From contig JAKAXB010000007.1 of the NCBI GenBank assembly GCA_021816765.1, positions 51,489-115,488 on the forward strand: a DNA stretch of 64,000 nt. Direction: 5' to 3'. Positions 11,032 to 19,647 of this stretch are shown here, in pieces (within the stretch, counting starts at the first letter, position 1; every line of letters begins with the position of its first letter). The notes under the pieces were generated by a model. The model searched no databases and was not told the origin of the DNA. It saw nothing but the letters and a program-made list of their open reading frames with translations. The DNA is from Natronospirales bacterium (GTDB lineage Bacteria > Pseudomonadota > Gammaproteobacteria > Natronospirales > REEB76). The position numbers and the translations under genes were made by a program.

Positions 11032-12188
11032 TGCGCTTATCTTCCGACAGAGCGCGGGCACCCCGGCTGGTGTTTCTGCTGGCGGCGGCAATCCTGGCGC
11101 CGGTGCTCCCGGGCGCCAGGAATGCCGCAGCGGATCCCCTGAGGCTGCCCGCGCTGCTGCCATTCGACGCGGGTCCGCTGGGACCGCTGCAGGCTCAGGG
11201 GATCATCAGCGGCCTGGGCACCTGGCAAAACAATCCCACGGCTCTCGATGCAAGCAACCGCTTCGACATCACCAATGCTCAACTCATCATGCAAAAGAGC
11301 ACCGGCCCGGTTCAGTTTTTTCTGCAAGCCGGGGCCTACAATTTCCCGACCTTGGGAGTTCCTGCCTCACCCACAGCAGACATCGGGAAAAACTTTTACG
11401 GCCCCGTGCCGGAAGCTTATCTAAAGTTTGTACCGACGGGTGATTTCTCCATTGAGGTCGGCAAACTCCCCACTCTGATGGGGGCCGAAACCACCTGGAC
11501 ATGGATGAATTTCAATATTGAACGCGGCCTGCTCTGGAATCTCGAAAACGCCGTCACGCGCGGCGTGCAATTAAATTACGCAGCGGGTTCCTTCCATGCT
11601 TCTCTGGCATGGACCGATGGATATTATTCCAACCGTTACAACACAGTAAGCGGATCCCTGGCTTATGCGGCAAACACCGAAAATACGCTTAGCGTATTTT
11701 TTTATGACAACCTGGGACACACACCTTATGGTTCAACCGCCAATCCGGAAGCCTTGAATAACGGCCGGACCTATAATCTGATTTACACCTACCGTTCCGC
11801 ATCCTGGATAGTTTCACCCTATCTGCAATACATTGTTTCTCCTGCATCCACGCAACTGGGGTACGCCCATGCGAATGATTCGTTCGGTGCGGCCGTGCTG
11901 GCTGATTACAGCTTCACCAGGACTTTCAGCTTGGGCGCACGCTTCGAATACATCACCAGCTCCGGCGCGGACAATGGCAGCGCCAATAACAATCTGCTTG
12001 GCTACGGCCCCGGCAGTCGCGCCTGGACATTTACGCTGACGCCCACGTGGCAGGCAGGCGGGTTGTTTGCGCGTGCCGAGATCTCGTATGTGCGGGTCAC
12101 TCACTATGCGTCTGGGATGGTATTCGGCCCCGCCGGCAACAACCGCGATCAGATACGCGCACTGGTTGAAACCGGAGTTATGTTCTAA
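11031..12188 (+). CDS. outer-membrane beta-barrel porin encoded inside the kdp operon
   Basis: Signal peptide (LLAAAILAPVLPG), alternating beta-strand pattern rich in Y/G/N, and a C-terminal ...ETGVMF. The start overlaps the kdpC stop by 1 nt. Confidence 0.65.
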   Translation: MRLSSDRARAPRLVFLLAAAILAPVLPGARNAAADPLRLPALLPFDAGPLGPLQAQGIISGLGTWQNNPTALDASNRFDITNAQLIMQKSTGPVQFFLQAGAYNFPTLGVPASPTADIGKNFYGPVPEAYLKFVPTGDFSIEVGKLPTLMGAETTWTWMNFNIERGLLWNLENAVTRGVQLNYAAGSFHASLAWTDGYYSNRYNTVSGSLAYAANTENTLSVFFYDNLGHTPYGSTANPEALNNGRTYNLIYTYRSASWIVSPYLQYIVSPASTQLGYAHANDSFGAAVLADYSFTRTFSLGARFEYITSSGADNGSANNNLLGYGPGSRAWTFTLTPTWQAGGLFARAEISYVRVTHYASGMVFGPAGNNRDQIRALVETGVMF

Positions 12189-12215
12189 TACCCGCATCAC
12201 ATACGGGCACTCGCC

Positions 12216-14936
12216 ATGAACGAATCCCGGCCCAATCCGGATGCGCTGCTCGCCCGCGTTGAACAACGCGAGGCGAAGGCCCACCATGGCCGCTTCAAGA
12301 TATTCTTCGGCGCAGCAGCAGGCGTCGGCAAGACCTACGCCATGCTGCAGGCAGGACGTGCGCTGCAAAAGCAGGGCTGCGACGTGCAGGTAGGCGTGGT
12401 GGAAACCCACGGTCGCGCCGAGACGGCGAGCCTGCTTGAGGGTCTGGAGGTGTTGCCGCAGCGAATCGTCGAATACCGCGGGGCGAAGCTCGGGGAGTTC
12501 GATCTGGACACGGCGCTGGCGCGCCACCCGCAGTTGATCCTGGTGGACGAGCTGGCGCACACCAACGCGCCGGGTTCACGACATGCGAAGCGCTGGCAGG
12601 ATGTGAAGGAGCTGCTGGTCGCGGGCATTGACGTTTATTCCACGCTCAACATCCAGCATATTGAAAGCCTCAACGACGTGGTCACACAGATCACCGGCAT
12701 CCGCGTATGGGAAACCGTGCCCGATACGTTCTTCGAGCAGTCCGACGAAGTGGAGCTGGTGGATTTGCCCCCCGATGAACTGTTGCAGCGGCTGAAGGAG
12801 GGCAAGATCTATCTGCCGCATCAGGCCGAGCGCGCCATCCACAACTTCTTCCGCAAAGGCAACCTCATCGCACTGCGCGAATTGGCCCTGCGGCGCACCG
12901 CCGACCGGGTGGACGTGCAGATGCGGGATTACCGGCAGGATCACGCCATAGAAGCGGTGTGGCCGGTGCGGGAGCGCGTCATGGTGTGCATATCCTCCGG
13001 CGCGGAGAGCGAGAAGCTCATCCGCGTCGGCAAGCGCATGGCCGACTCGCTGCGCGCCGAATGGGTGGCGGTGTATATCGAGACACCGGACATGCTGCGC
13101 CTGCCGGAAAGCCGGCGTGAGGTGGTGGCGCGCACGCTGCGGCTTGCGGAAACACTCGGTGCCGAGACCGTGACCCTGGCCGGCGAGAAGCATTTCAGCG
13201 CCGACGTGTTGAGCTACGCCCATGCGCGTAACGTCACCAAGATCGTGATGGGCAAACCGCGCCGCCGCGGCTGGCAGCGCTGGCTGTTCGGTTCGGTGGT
13301 GGACGCCATCGTCGCCGGCAGCGGTGCCATAGACGTGAATATCGTCAGCACGGATGCCGCTGCGTCGCAGCCAGGCCGGTATCCAGGCCTTGAACGGGAC
13401 ATCGGCAGGTTGCCCAGCAATAAACGCCGCGCGCGCGGTTACCTCTCCGGTTTTGCAGTCGTCACGCTCTGCACCGTGGTCGCAGCCTTCATGGCGCGGC
13501 ATTTCGCACTTTCCAACCTGATCATGGTGTACCTGCTGGGCGTGGTGGTGGTGGCGGTGCGCTACGGGCGCGGCCCCTCGGTGCTGGCCGCGGTGCTGGG
13601 GGTGCTGGCCTTCGATTTTTTCTTCGTTCCGCCGGTATTTACCTTTGCCGTGTCGGACACCCAGTATATGGTGACCTTTTTCGTGATGCTGATCGTGGGA
13701 TTGGTAATCAGCAGCCTCACGGTGAGCGTGCGCCTGCAGGCGCGCGTGGCTGCGCACCGTGAACGGCGTACCGCGGCACTCTATGCCATGAGCCGTGAAC
13801 TCGCCAGCACGCGCGGTGAGGACAACCTGTTGCAAGTCGCCATACGGCATATCGCCGAAGTATTCGACGCCCACGCGGTGGTGTTGCAGGCTGGCGAGGA
13901 CGGACGCATCCGTTATCCCAAAGGCATACCCGCGGCGCACTCCCTGCAGCATGCGGACTTGGGCGTGGCGCAGTGGGTACACGACCATGCGCAGCTGGCG
14001 GGTCGAGGCACCGATACCCTGCCGGGCAGCGATGCCGTGTATCTGCCGTTGCAAGGTACCGCGGGGGTACTCGGCGTGCTCGCCGTGTCGCCGCGGGAGT
14101 TGCGCCGCATACTCTTGCCGGAGCAACGGCGCCTGCTGGAAACCTTTGCCAGCCAGGTAGCGCTGGCACTGGAGCGTGCGGAACTCTCACGGCGCGCGGC
14201 TGCGGCGCAGGTAGAGATGGAGACCGAGCGACTGCGCAATTCGTTGTTGAGTGCCATTTCCCATGATCTGCGCACGCCGCTCGCCGCCATCATCGGCGCC
14301 GGCAGCAGCCTGTTGGAGGAGGGCGTCCATCTCGATGCCGCCGCACGCCGCGAGTTGAGCCGGGACATACTGGAGGGTGCGCAGCGCATGAACGAGCTCG
14401 TCAACAACGTGCTGGACATGGCGCGGCTGGAATCGGGTACGGTCAGGCTCAACCGGCAGTGGTATCCGCTGGAGGAGGTAGTGGGCGGCGTGCTGACGCG
14501 ATTGCGTGAACGGCTGCGACAGCACCCGGTGGCGGTACGGCTGCCCGCCGAGTTGCCGTGGCTTTCCATGGATGGCGGACTGATCGAACAGGTGTTGGCG
14601 AATCTGCTGGAAAATGCCGTGAAATACACCCTGCCCGGTACGTCCATCGAGATCGGCGCGGCCATCGTGGACACCTCGGTGGCAGTGGAGGTGGCGGACC
14701 GTGGTCCGGGACTGCCGGCGGGCGCCGAGGGACGCGTGTTCCAGAAGTTTTACCGCGCGCAGGCGGAGGGTGGGCAGGGCGGCGTGGGCCTGGGGCTGAC
14801 CATCTGTCGCGCCATCATCGAGGCCCACGGCGGCAGAATATGGGCGGAGAATCGCCCCGGCGGCGGGGCGAGCTTCCAGTTCACCCTGCCGGCCGCCGAG
14901 GCGCCGCCCGCCATCGAGCGCGAACGCGATGAATGA
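12216..14936 (+). CDS. kdpD: sensor histidine kinase KdpD
   Basis: N-terminal KdpD domain (GAAAGVGKTY), 4 TM segments, H-box SHDLRTPL, and an HATPase region (GVGLGLTICRAIIEAHGG). Confidence 0.95.
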   Translation: MNESRPNPDALLARVEQREAKAHHGRFKIFFGAAAGVGKTYAMLQAGRALQKQGCDVQVGVVETHGRAETASLLEGLEVLPQRIVEYRGAKLGEFDLDTALARHPQLILVDELAHTNAPGSRHAKRWQDVKELLVAGIDVYSTLNIQHIESLNDVVTQITGIRVWETVPDTFFEQSDEVELVDLPPDELLQRLKEGKIYLPHQAERAIHNFFRKGNLIALRELALRRTADRVDVQMRDYRQDHAIEAVWPVRERVMVCISSGAESEKLIRVGKRMADSLRAEWVAVYIETPDMLRLPESRREVVARTLRLAETLGAETVTLAGEKHFSADVLSYAHARNVTKIVMGKPRRRGWQRWLFGSVVDAIVAGSGAIDVNIVSTDAAASQPGRYPGLERDIGRLPSNKRRARGYLSGFAVVTLCTVVAAFMARHFALSNLIMVYLLGVVVVAVRYGRGPSVLAAVLGVLAFDFFFVPPVFTFAVSDTQYMVTFFVMLIVGLVISSLTVSVRLQARVAAHRERRTAALYAMSRELASTRGEDNLLQVAIRHIAEVFDAHAVVLQAGEDGRIRYPKGIPAAHSLQHADLGVAQWVHDHAQLAGRGTDTLPGSDAVYLPLQGTAGVLGVLAVSPRELRRILLPEQRRLLETFASQVALALERAELSRRAAAAQVEMETERLRNSLLSAISHDLRTPLAAIIGAGSSLLEEGVHLDAAARRELSRDILEGAQRMNELVNNVLDMARLESGTVRLNRQWYPLEEVVGGVLTRLRERLRQHPVAVRLPAELPWLSMDGGLIEQVLANLLENAVKYTLPGTSIEIGAAIVDTSVAVEVADRGPGLPAGAEGRVFQKFYRAQAEGGQGGVGLGLTICRAIIEAHGGRIWAENRPGGGASFQFTLPAAEAPPAIERERDE

Positions 14937-15624
14937 CACGCCTGTCCGTATCCTGATTATCGAAGACGATGTGCAAATCCGGCGGTTTGTGCGCACGGCG
15001 CTCGTATCCCGGGGTTTCGAGGTGTTCGAGGCGGCGAACGGCGCGCAGGGTCTGATCGAGGCGGCCACGCGCAAACCCGACCTGGTGGTTCTCGATCTCG
15101 GGCTGCCGGACATGGATGGCGTCGCCGTGGTGCAGCGGCTGCGCGAGTGGAGTCCGATCCCAGTAATCGCGCTCTCGGCGCGCAGTCTGGAGTCGTCCAA
15201 GATCGCCACACTGGACGCCGGAGCGGACGACTACCTCACCAAGCCCTTCGGTGTGGGCGAACTGCTGGCGCGCATCCGTGTCGCCCTGCGGCATGCGAGC
15301 ATCGGTGCGAACGGCAATAGCGGGGAGTTTGCGCTTGATGAACTCAAGGTTGATTTGCAGCGCCGTCGGGTAGTGGTTGACGGGCGGGAAGTGCACCTGA
15401 CGCCCATCGAATACCGGTTGCTCACCGTGCTGATCCGTTATGCGGGCAAGGTCGTGACCCACCGGCAACTGTTGAAAGAAGTCTGGGGACCGTCCCATGG
15501 TGAAGACAGCCATTACGTCCGCATCTATATGGCACAACTGCGTCACAAGCTGGAAAAGGACCCGGCCCGGCCGCGCTATCTGCTCACGGAGACCGGGGTG
15601 GGCTATCGCCTGTCGGACGTATAG
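14929..15624 (+). CDS. kdpE: response regulator KdpE (OmpR family)
   Basis: Receiver domain (ILIIEDD, DLGLPDMDG, KPF) plus a winged helix (GVGYRL). It overlaps kdpD by 8 nt. Confidence 0.9.
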   Translation: MNDTPVRILIIEDDVQIRRFVRTALVSRGFEVFEAANGAQGLIEAATRKPDLVVLDLGLPDMDGVAVVQRLREWSPIPVIALSARSLESSKIATLDAGADDYLTKPFGVGELLARIRVALRHASIGANGNSGEFALDELKVDLQRRRVVVDGREVHLTPIEYRLLTVLIRYAGKVVTHRQLLKEVWGPSHGEDSHYVRIYMAQLRHKLEKDPARPRYLLTETGVGYRLSDV

Positions 15625-15771
15625 ATGCGAGACCGGGCGATACGGCGGATAAATTCGTTCTGAGAATCAATCACGCAGCCGCCGGCATCGTGGAAAAGCG
15701 CTTCGCGGCAAAGATTCCTGCATTCCACCGTCGGCGGCGAATCTGGTGCCGCCGAGAAAAGATGAGATAAC

Positions 15772-15797
15772 AAGGGCTGATTTTATAAGCCCTTTTT
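15772..15797 (+). terminator. rho-independent terminator downstream of the kdp operon
   Basis: AAGGGCT gattttat AAGCCCTT followed by a T-run. Confidence 0.55.
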
Positions 15798-15908
15798 CTG
15801 AAGAATTTTTCTGACGCTTTGGGGGGAACTTGACTCACAGGTTTCATCAGGAACGATGCGGCGTGACTGAGCAGCATTTCTTGATTGGCAGTGGTGTGCG
15901 ACAGCTTC

Positions 15909-16397
15909 TCATCCGAACCACCGGCGCGTGCGCTGCTTGTAGCCCAGATAATCGGCGCCGAATTTCTTCTCCAGATAGTGTTCTTCCCTGGTTATGACGC
16001 TGCGATCCACAAGCAGGACGACGACGGGCACTGCCAGCAGGGGCCAGAGGGCATTGCCCAAAAGACTGATGCCGAAACTCACCAGAGTCAGCCCGAGATA
16101 CATGGGATTGCGCGTGAAACGGTAAGGGCCCGCGGTGGTGAACGCGGTAGTGGGTTTATGGGGATTGGGGCTGGTGCCGGCGTGACGGAAGGTAATCACT
16201 GCCCAGGCGCCCAATGAAAGTCCCAGCAAAATCGCCGCCGCTCCGGCTATAGAAAGCAGCGGCCGGTACGTCGTTGTCACGAGTTGTACGGGCAGAAGCC
16301 ACTGGATTCCGAATCCGAGCATGAGCCCGATGAGGTAGTAGAAGGGTGGAGGGAATCTGACACCCGAGGTGGCGTGGGTCTGCTGATCTGTTTCCAT
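15909..16397 (-). CDS. isoprenylcysteine carboxyl methyltransferase (ICMT)/phospholipid methyltransferase family membrane protein
   Basis: ORF trimmed to METDQQ.... Contains GPYRFTRNPMYLG and EEHYLEKKFG. Confidence 0.75.
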   Translation of the reverse strand: METDQQTHATSGVRFPPPFYYLIGLMLGFGIQWLLPVQLVTTTYRPLLSIAGAAAILLGLSLGAWAVITFRHAGTSPNPHKPTTAFTTAGPYRFTRNPMYLGLTLVSFGISLLGNALWPLLAVPVVVLLVDRSVITREEHYLEKKFGADYLGYKQRTRRWFG

Positions 16398-16466
16398 GAA
16401 TTTTTTTCCAGGCAACGCAATCACTGCGTGCAATAGTAAACCCGCTTCCACGCAGAAAGCACCGGC

Positions 16467-18347
16467 TCAGTACAATATGCGGAAACGCAAGGTGTGCGGT
16501 ATCTGCCGGATAGACGCAATCACCGCCTCGGAATAGCCCTTGTTCACGTCGGTGATGACATAGCCGATGCGCTCACTGGTCTTGAGGTACTGGCCGAGGA
16601 TATTGGCGCCGTGGGCGGCCAGCGCCTGGTTGATGTGCGCCAGAATGCCGGGCACGTTCTCGTGCACGTGAATCAGGCGATGGGCGTCCGCCTGCGGCGG
16701 CAGGCGCAGCGCCGGAAAATTGACGCTGTTCTCGGTGCTGCCGGTATTGATGTAATCCATGATGCGGCTGCTGACGAAACGGCCGATGTCCTGTTGGGCT
16801 TCCAGCGTGCTGCCGCCGATATGCGGTGTGAGCAGGGCATGCGGCAGCTTGCGCAGCGGGTGATCGAATGGTTCGCCGTTGGCGTGGGGTTCCTCGGGAA
16901 ACACATCCACCACCGCCCCGCGCAGCCGGCCGCATGCGAGCTGCTCATACAGCGCCTTCAGGTCCACCACATGGCCGCGGCTCAGGTTCAGGAACACGGC
17001 ACCCGGCCGCATGCGCGCGAATTCGGGCGGGCCGATAAGATTGGTGTTTTCCTTGCGGCCGTCCACATGCACCGTAACCGCATCCGAGATGTCCAGCAGT
17101 GCATTCAGCGAAGCGCATTTCTGCGCCCTGCCCAGCGCGAGTTTTTCCGCCACGTCGTGGAAACACACCTCCATGCCCAGCGATTCCGCCAGCACCGAGA
17201 GCTGCATGCCGATGTTGCCGTAGCCGATGATGCCTAGACGCTTGCCGCGCACTTCGTGGCTGTTGTTTGCTGATTTGTCCCACACGCCCCGGTCCATGAG
17301 CCGCATCTTCTCGGGGATGTTGCGCATCAGTAGGATGATCTCGGCGAGGGCCAGTTCGACCACCGAACGGGTGTTGCTGAAGGGCGCGTTGAACACGGCG
17401 ATGCCGCGGGATTCGCAGGCACGCAGATCAATCTGGTTGGTGCCGATACAAAAGGCGCCCACGGTGAGGAGCCGCTTTGCGGAGGCCAGCACCTTTTGCG
17501 TCAGCCGGGTCTTGGAGCGGATACCGAGAATGGCCGTGTCGGCGATGCGTTCCGCCAGCGCACTTTCATCCAGACTGCCGGCCAGCGTTTCCACCGCGTA
17601 ACCTTCCTTCTCGAAAGCCGCGGCGGCGTCCGCATGGATGTTCTCCAGCAGCAGCACCTTGAGACGGTTTTTTGGATAGGACACCGCGGCGTGAAAACCG
17701 CAGTCGTACAGCACCTCGTCGAAACTGGGCGCTGCGCGCTGCGCCTGCCTGACTACCTCTTCGCGACACACGCATTCAGTGAAGGCATAGAAGCGCTGGG
17801 CGGCGCCGGCCTGGAAAATCTGGTAATCGCTCCAGCCGTCACCCACCACCACGACTTCGCCGGGCAGCTTGAGTGCGGCAACCGTTTTTGCCTTGCCGCC
17901 GTCAGCGGACAGAGGATTGCTCCAGTCGCAGCCGCTCACGTAACCGTGCGCATCGAAACTGAGTGTGTTGGCGTGCACATGCCCGGCTCTGAGGCCCAGC
18001 ATTTGCACCACGGGGGTCACCACTTCACGGAAACCGCTGGTCACCACGTAAACCCGGTCGGCATGCGCAGTCAGGAAGCTGCGGTTGCGCAGGAAAGAGG
18101 GTGTGATTTCATGCTGCAGACGCTCGATGAGCGGTGGCAGAAAATCGCGGTGTATGTGCAGTATTTTCAGACGTTCCGCCAGGGCGGTGCGGAAATCCAT
18201 GCGGCCGGCCATGGCGGCGTCCGTAAGAGTTTTAATGCGCTCATGCATGCTTGCACCCTCCGGTACGAGTTCAGCGAGGATTTCGAGGGTCTCCACGCGT
18301 ACCAGGGTGCTGTCAAAATCGAGAATGAAGCGGATAGTTGCAGACAT
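16467..18347 (-). CDS. serA: fusion protein: HAD-IB phosphoserine-phosphatase-like domain + D-3-phosphoglycerate dehydrogenase with ACT domain
   Basis: ORF 16467..18656 trimmed to the ATG at 18347 (MSATIRFILDFDSTL). HAD motifs DFDST, VVTSG, GGKAK and GDGWSD are present. The SerA body follows (GIIGYGNIGMQLS, TPHIGGST) and ends in an ACT-like tail. Confidence 0.85.
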   Translation of the reverse strand: MSATIRFILDFDSTLVRVETLEILAELVPEGASMHERIKTLTDAAMAGRMDFRTALAERLKILHIHRDFLPPLIERLQHEITPSFLRNRSFLTAHADRVYVVTSGFREVVTPVVQMLGLRAGHVHANTLSFDAHGYVSGCDWSNPLSADGGKAKTVAALKLPGEVVVVGDGWSDYQIFQAGAAQRFYAFTECVCREEVVRQAQRAAPSFDEVLYDCGFHAAVSYPKNRLKVLLLENIHADAAAAFEKEGYAVETLAGSLDESALAERIADTAILGIRSKTRLTQKVLASAKRLLTVGAFCIGTNQIDLRACESRGIAVFNAPFSNTRSVVELALAEIILLMRNIPEKMRLMDRGVWDKSANNSHEVRGKRLGIIGYGNIGMQLSVLAESLGMEVCFHDVAEKLALGRAQKCASLNALLDISDAVTVHVDGRKENTNLIGPPEFARMRPGAVFLNLSRGHVVDLKALYEQLACGRLRGAVVDVFPEEPHANGEPFDHPLRKLPHALLTPHIGGSTLEAQQDIGRFVSSRIMDYINTGSTENSVNFPALRLPPQADAHRLIHVHENVPGILAHINQALAAHGANILGQYLKTSERIGYVITDVNKGYSEAVIASIRQIPHTLRFRILY

Positions 18348-18431
18348 GCATGGCAGTGTAAGTGTGTTCGCAGTCACATGGTACACTGATTCCGTCTCAC
18401 GCCGATCATGTCCGGCTTGGTGAGGTTGCTT

Positions 18432-19613
18432 ATGCAGACATCGTCCTGCCTGATCCATCTTGAATGCAGCGCCTGTGGCAAATGCCATGCATCCGAGCAA
18501 TTGATTGGTTTGTGCCCCGCCTGCGGCAAGCCGCTTCTGGCGCGTTATGACACGGTGCAAGCGGCGCACACGTTCACCCGCGAGTCGTTTAAAGCGCGGC
18601 GTGCAGATCTGTGGCGTTACGCGGAAATGCTGCCTCTGCGGAATGACCTCTTTCAACTGGCCCTGGGTGAAGGCTGGACGCCGCTGCTAAAGGCGCGTTT
18701 GGGCGCGCGTCTGGGCTGCGTCGAAACCTGGATAAAGGATGAATCCTGTAATCCCACCGGCAGTTTCAAAGCGCGCGGCTTGTGCATGGCGGTAAGCCGC
18801 GCCTTCGAGTTGGGTGCACAGAGTATCGCTATCCCCAGCGCCGGCAATGCCGGCAGCGCCATGGCCGCCTACTGCGCCGCCGCCGGCCTCCAGGCCCAGG
18901 TGTTCATTCCGCAGGATGCGCCGCCGGCCTTTGCGACCGAAGCACGCGCCTACGCTGCGCGGGTGGAACGGGTGGACGGACTCATCACCGATTGTGCAAG
19001 GAAAGTGCGTGAAGGCGTACAGCGTTACGGCTGGTTCGATGTGAGCACCCTCAAAGAACCATACCGCATCGAAGGCAAGAAGACCATGGGATATGAGCTT
19101 GCCGAGCAACTGCACTGGAAACTGCCGGACGTCATAATCTATCCCACCGGCGGCGGCACGGGGCTCATCGGCATGTGGAAGGCCTTCGAGGAAATGCAGC
19201 AGCTTGGGCTGATTGACGGGAAACGGCCGCGTATGGTGAGTGTGCAAGCGGAAGGCTGCGCACCCATCGTCAAGGCCTTCCATGACGGCGCCGATCATGC
19301 GGAAGCGTGGCAGGGTGCAAAAACCATCGCCGATGGTCTGCGCGTGCCTTCCGCCGTAGGCGATTTCCTCATGCTCCAGGTGCTGCGGGAAAGCCACGGC
19401 ACCGCCGTGGCGGTGAGCGACAGTGAGATGGTCGAATATGCCCGTGTCATGGCGGCAGGCAGCGGTATCTTTCCGGGGCCGGAAGGTGCCGCCTGCCTCG
19501 CCGCGCAGGTCAAGCTGCTGGATACCGGCTGGCTCAAAGGCGATGAGACGGTGGTGTTGTTCAATACCGGCACGCCCCTCAAGCACATCCATCTCTGGGC
19601 AAATAATACCTAG
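18432..19613 (+). CDS. thrC: threonine synthase (short form with N-terminal zinc ribbon)
   Basis: LECSACGKCH...CPACGKPL, a PLP lysine context (NPTGSFKARG) and GGGTGLIG. ATG at 18432 after GGTGAGG. Confidence 0.85.
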   Translation: MQTSSCLIHLECSACGKCHASEQLIGLCPACGKPLLARYDTVQAAHTFTRESFKARRADLWRYAEMLPLRNDLFQLALGEGWTPLLKARLGARLGCVETWIKDESCNPTGSFKARGLCMAVSRAFELGAQSIAIPSAGNAGSAMAAYCAAAGLQAQVFIPQDAPPAFATEARAYAARVERVDGLITDCARKVREGVQRYGWFDVSTLKEPYRIEGKKTMGYELAEQLHWKLPDVIIYPTGGGTGLIGMWKAFEEMQQLGLIDGKRPRMVSVQAEGCAPIVKAFHDGADHAEAWQGAKTIADGLRVPSAVGDFLMLQVLRESHGTAVAVSDSEMVEYARVMAAGSGIFPGPEGAACLAAQVKLLDTGWLKGDETVVLFNTGTPLKHIHLWANNT

Positions 19614-19647
19614 CGACTCCTCACTTCCGGCTGCGGGCACGGCTGCA

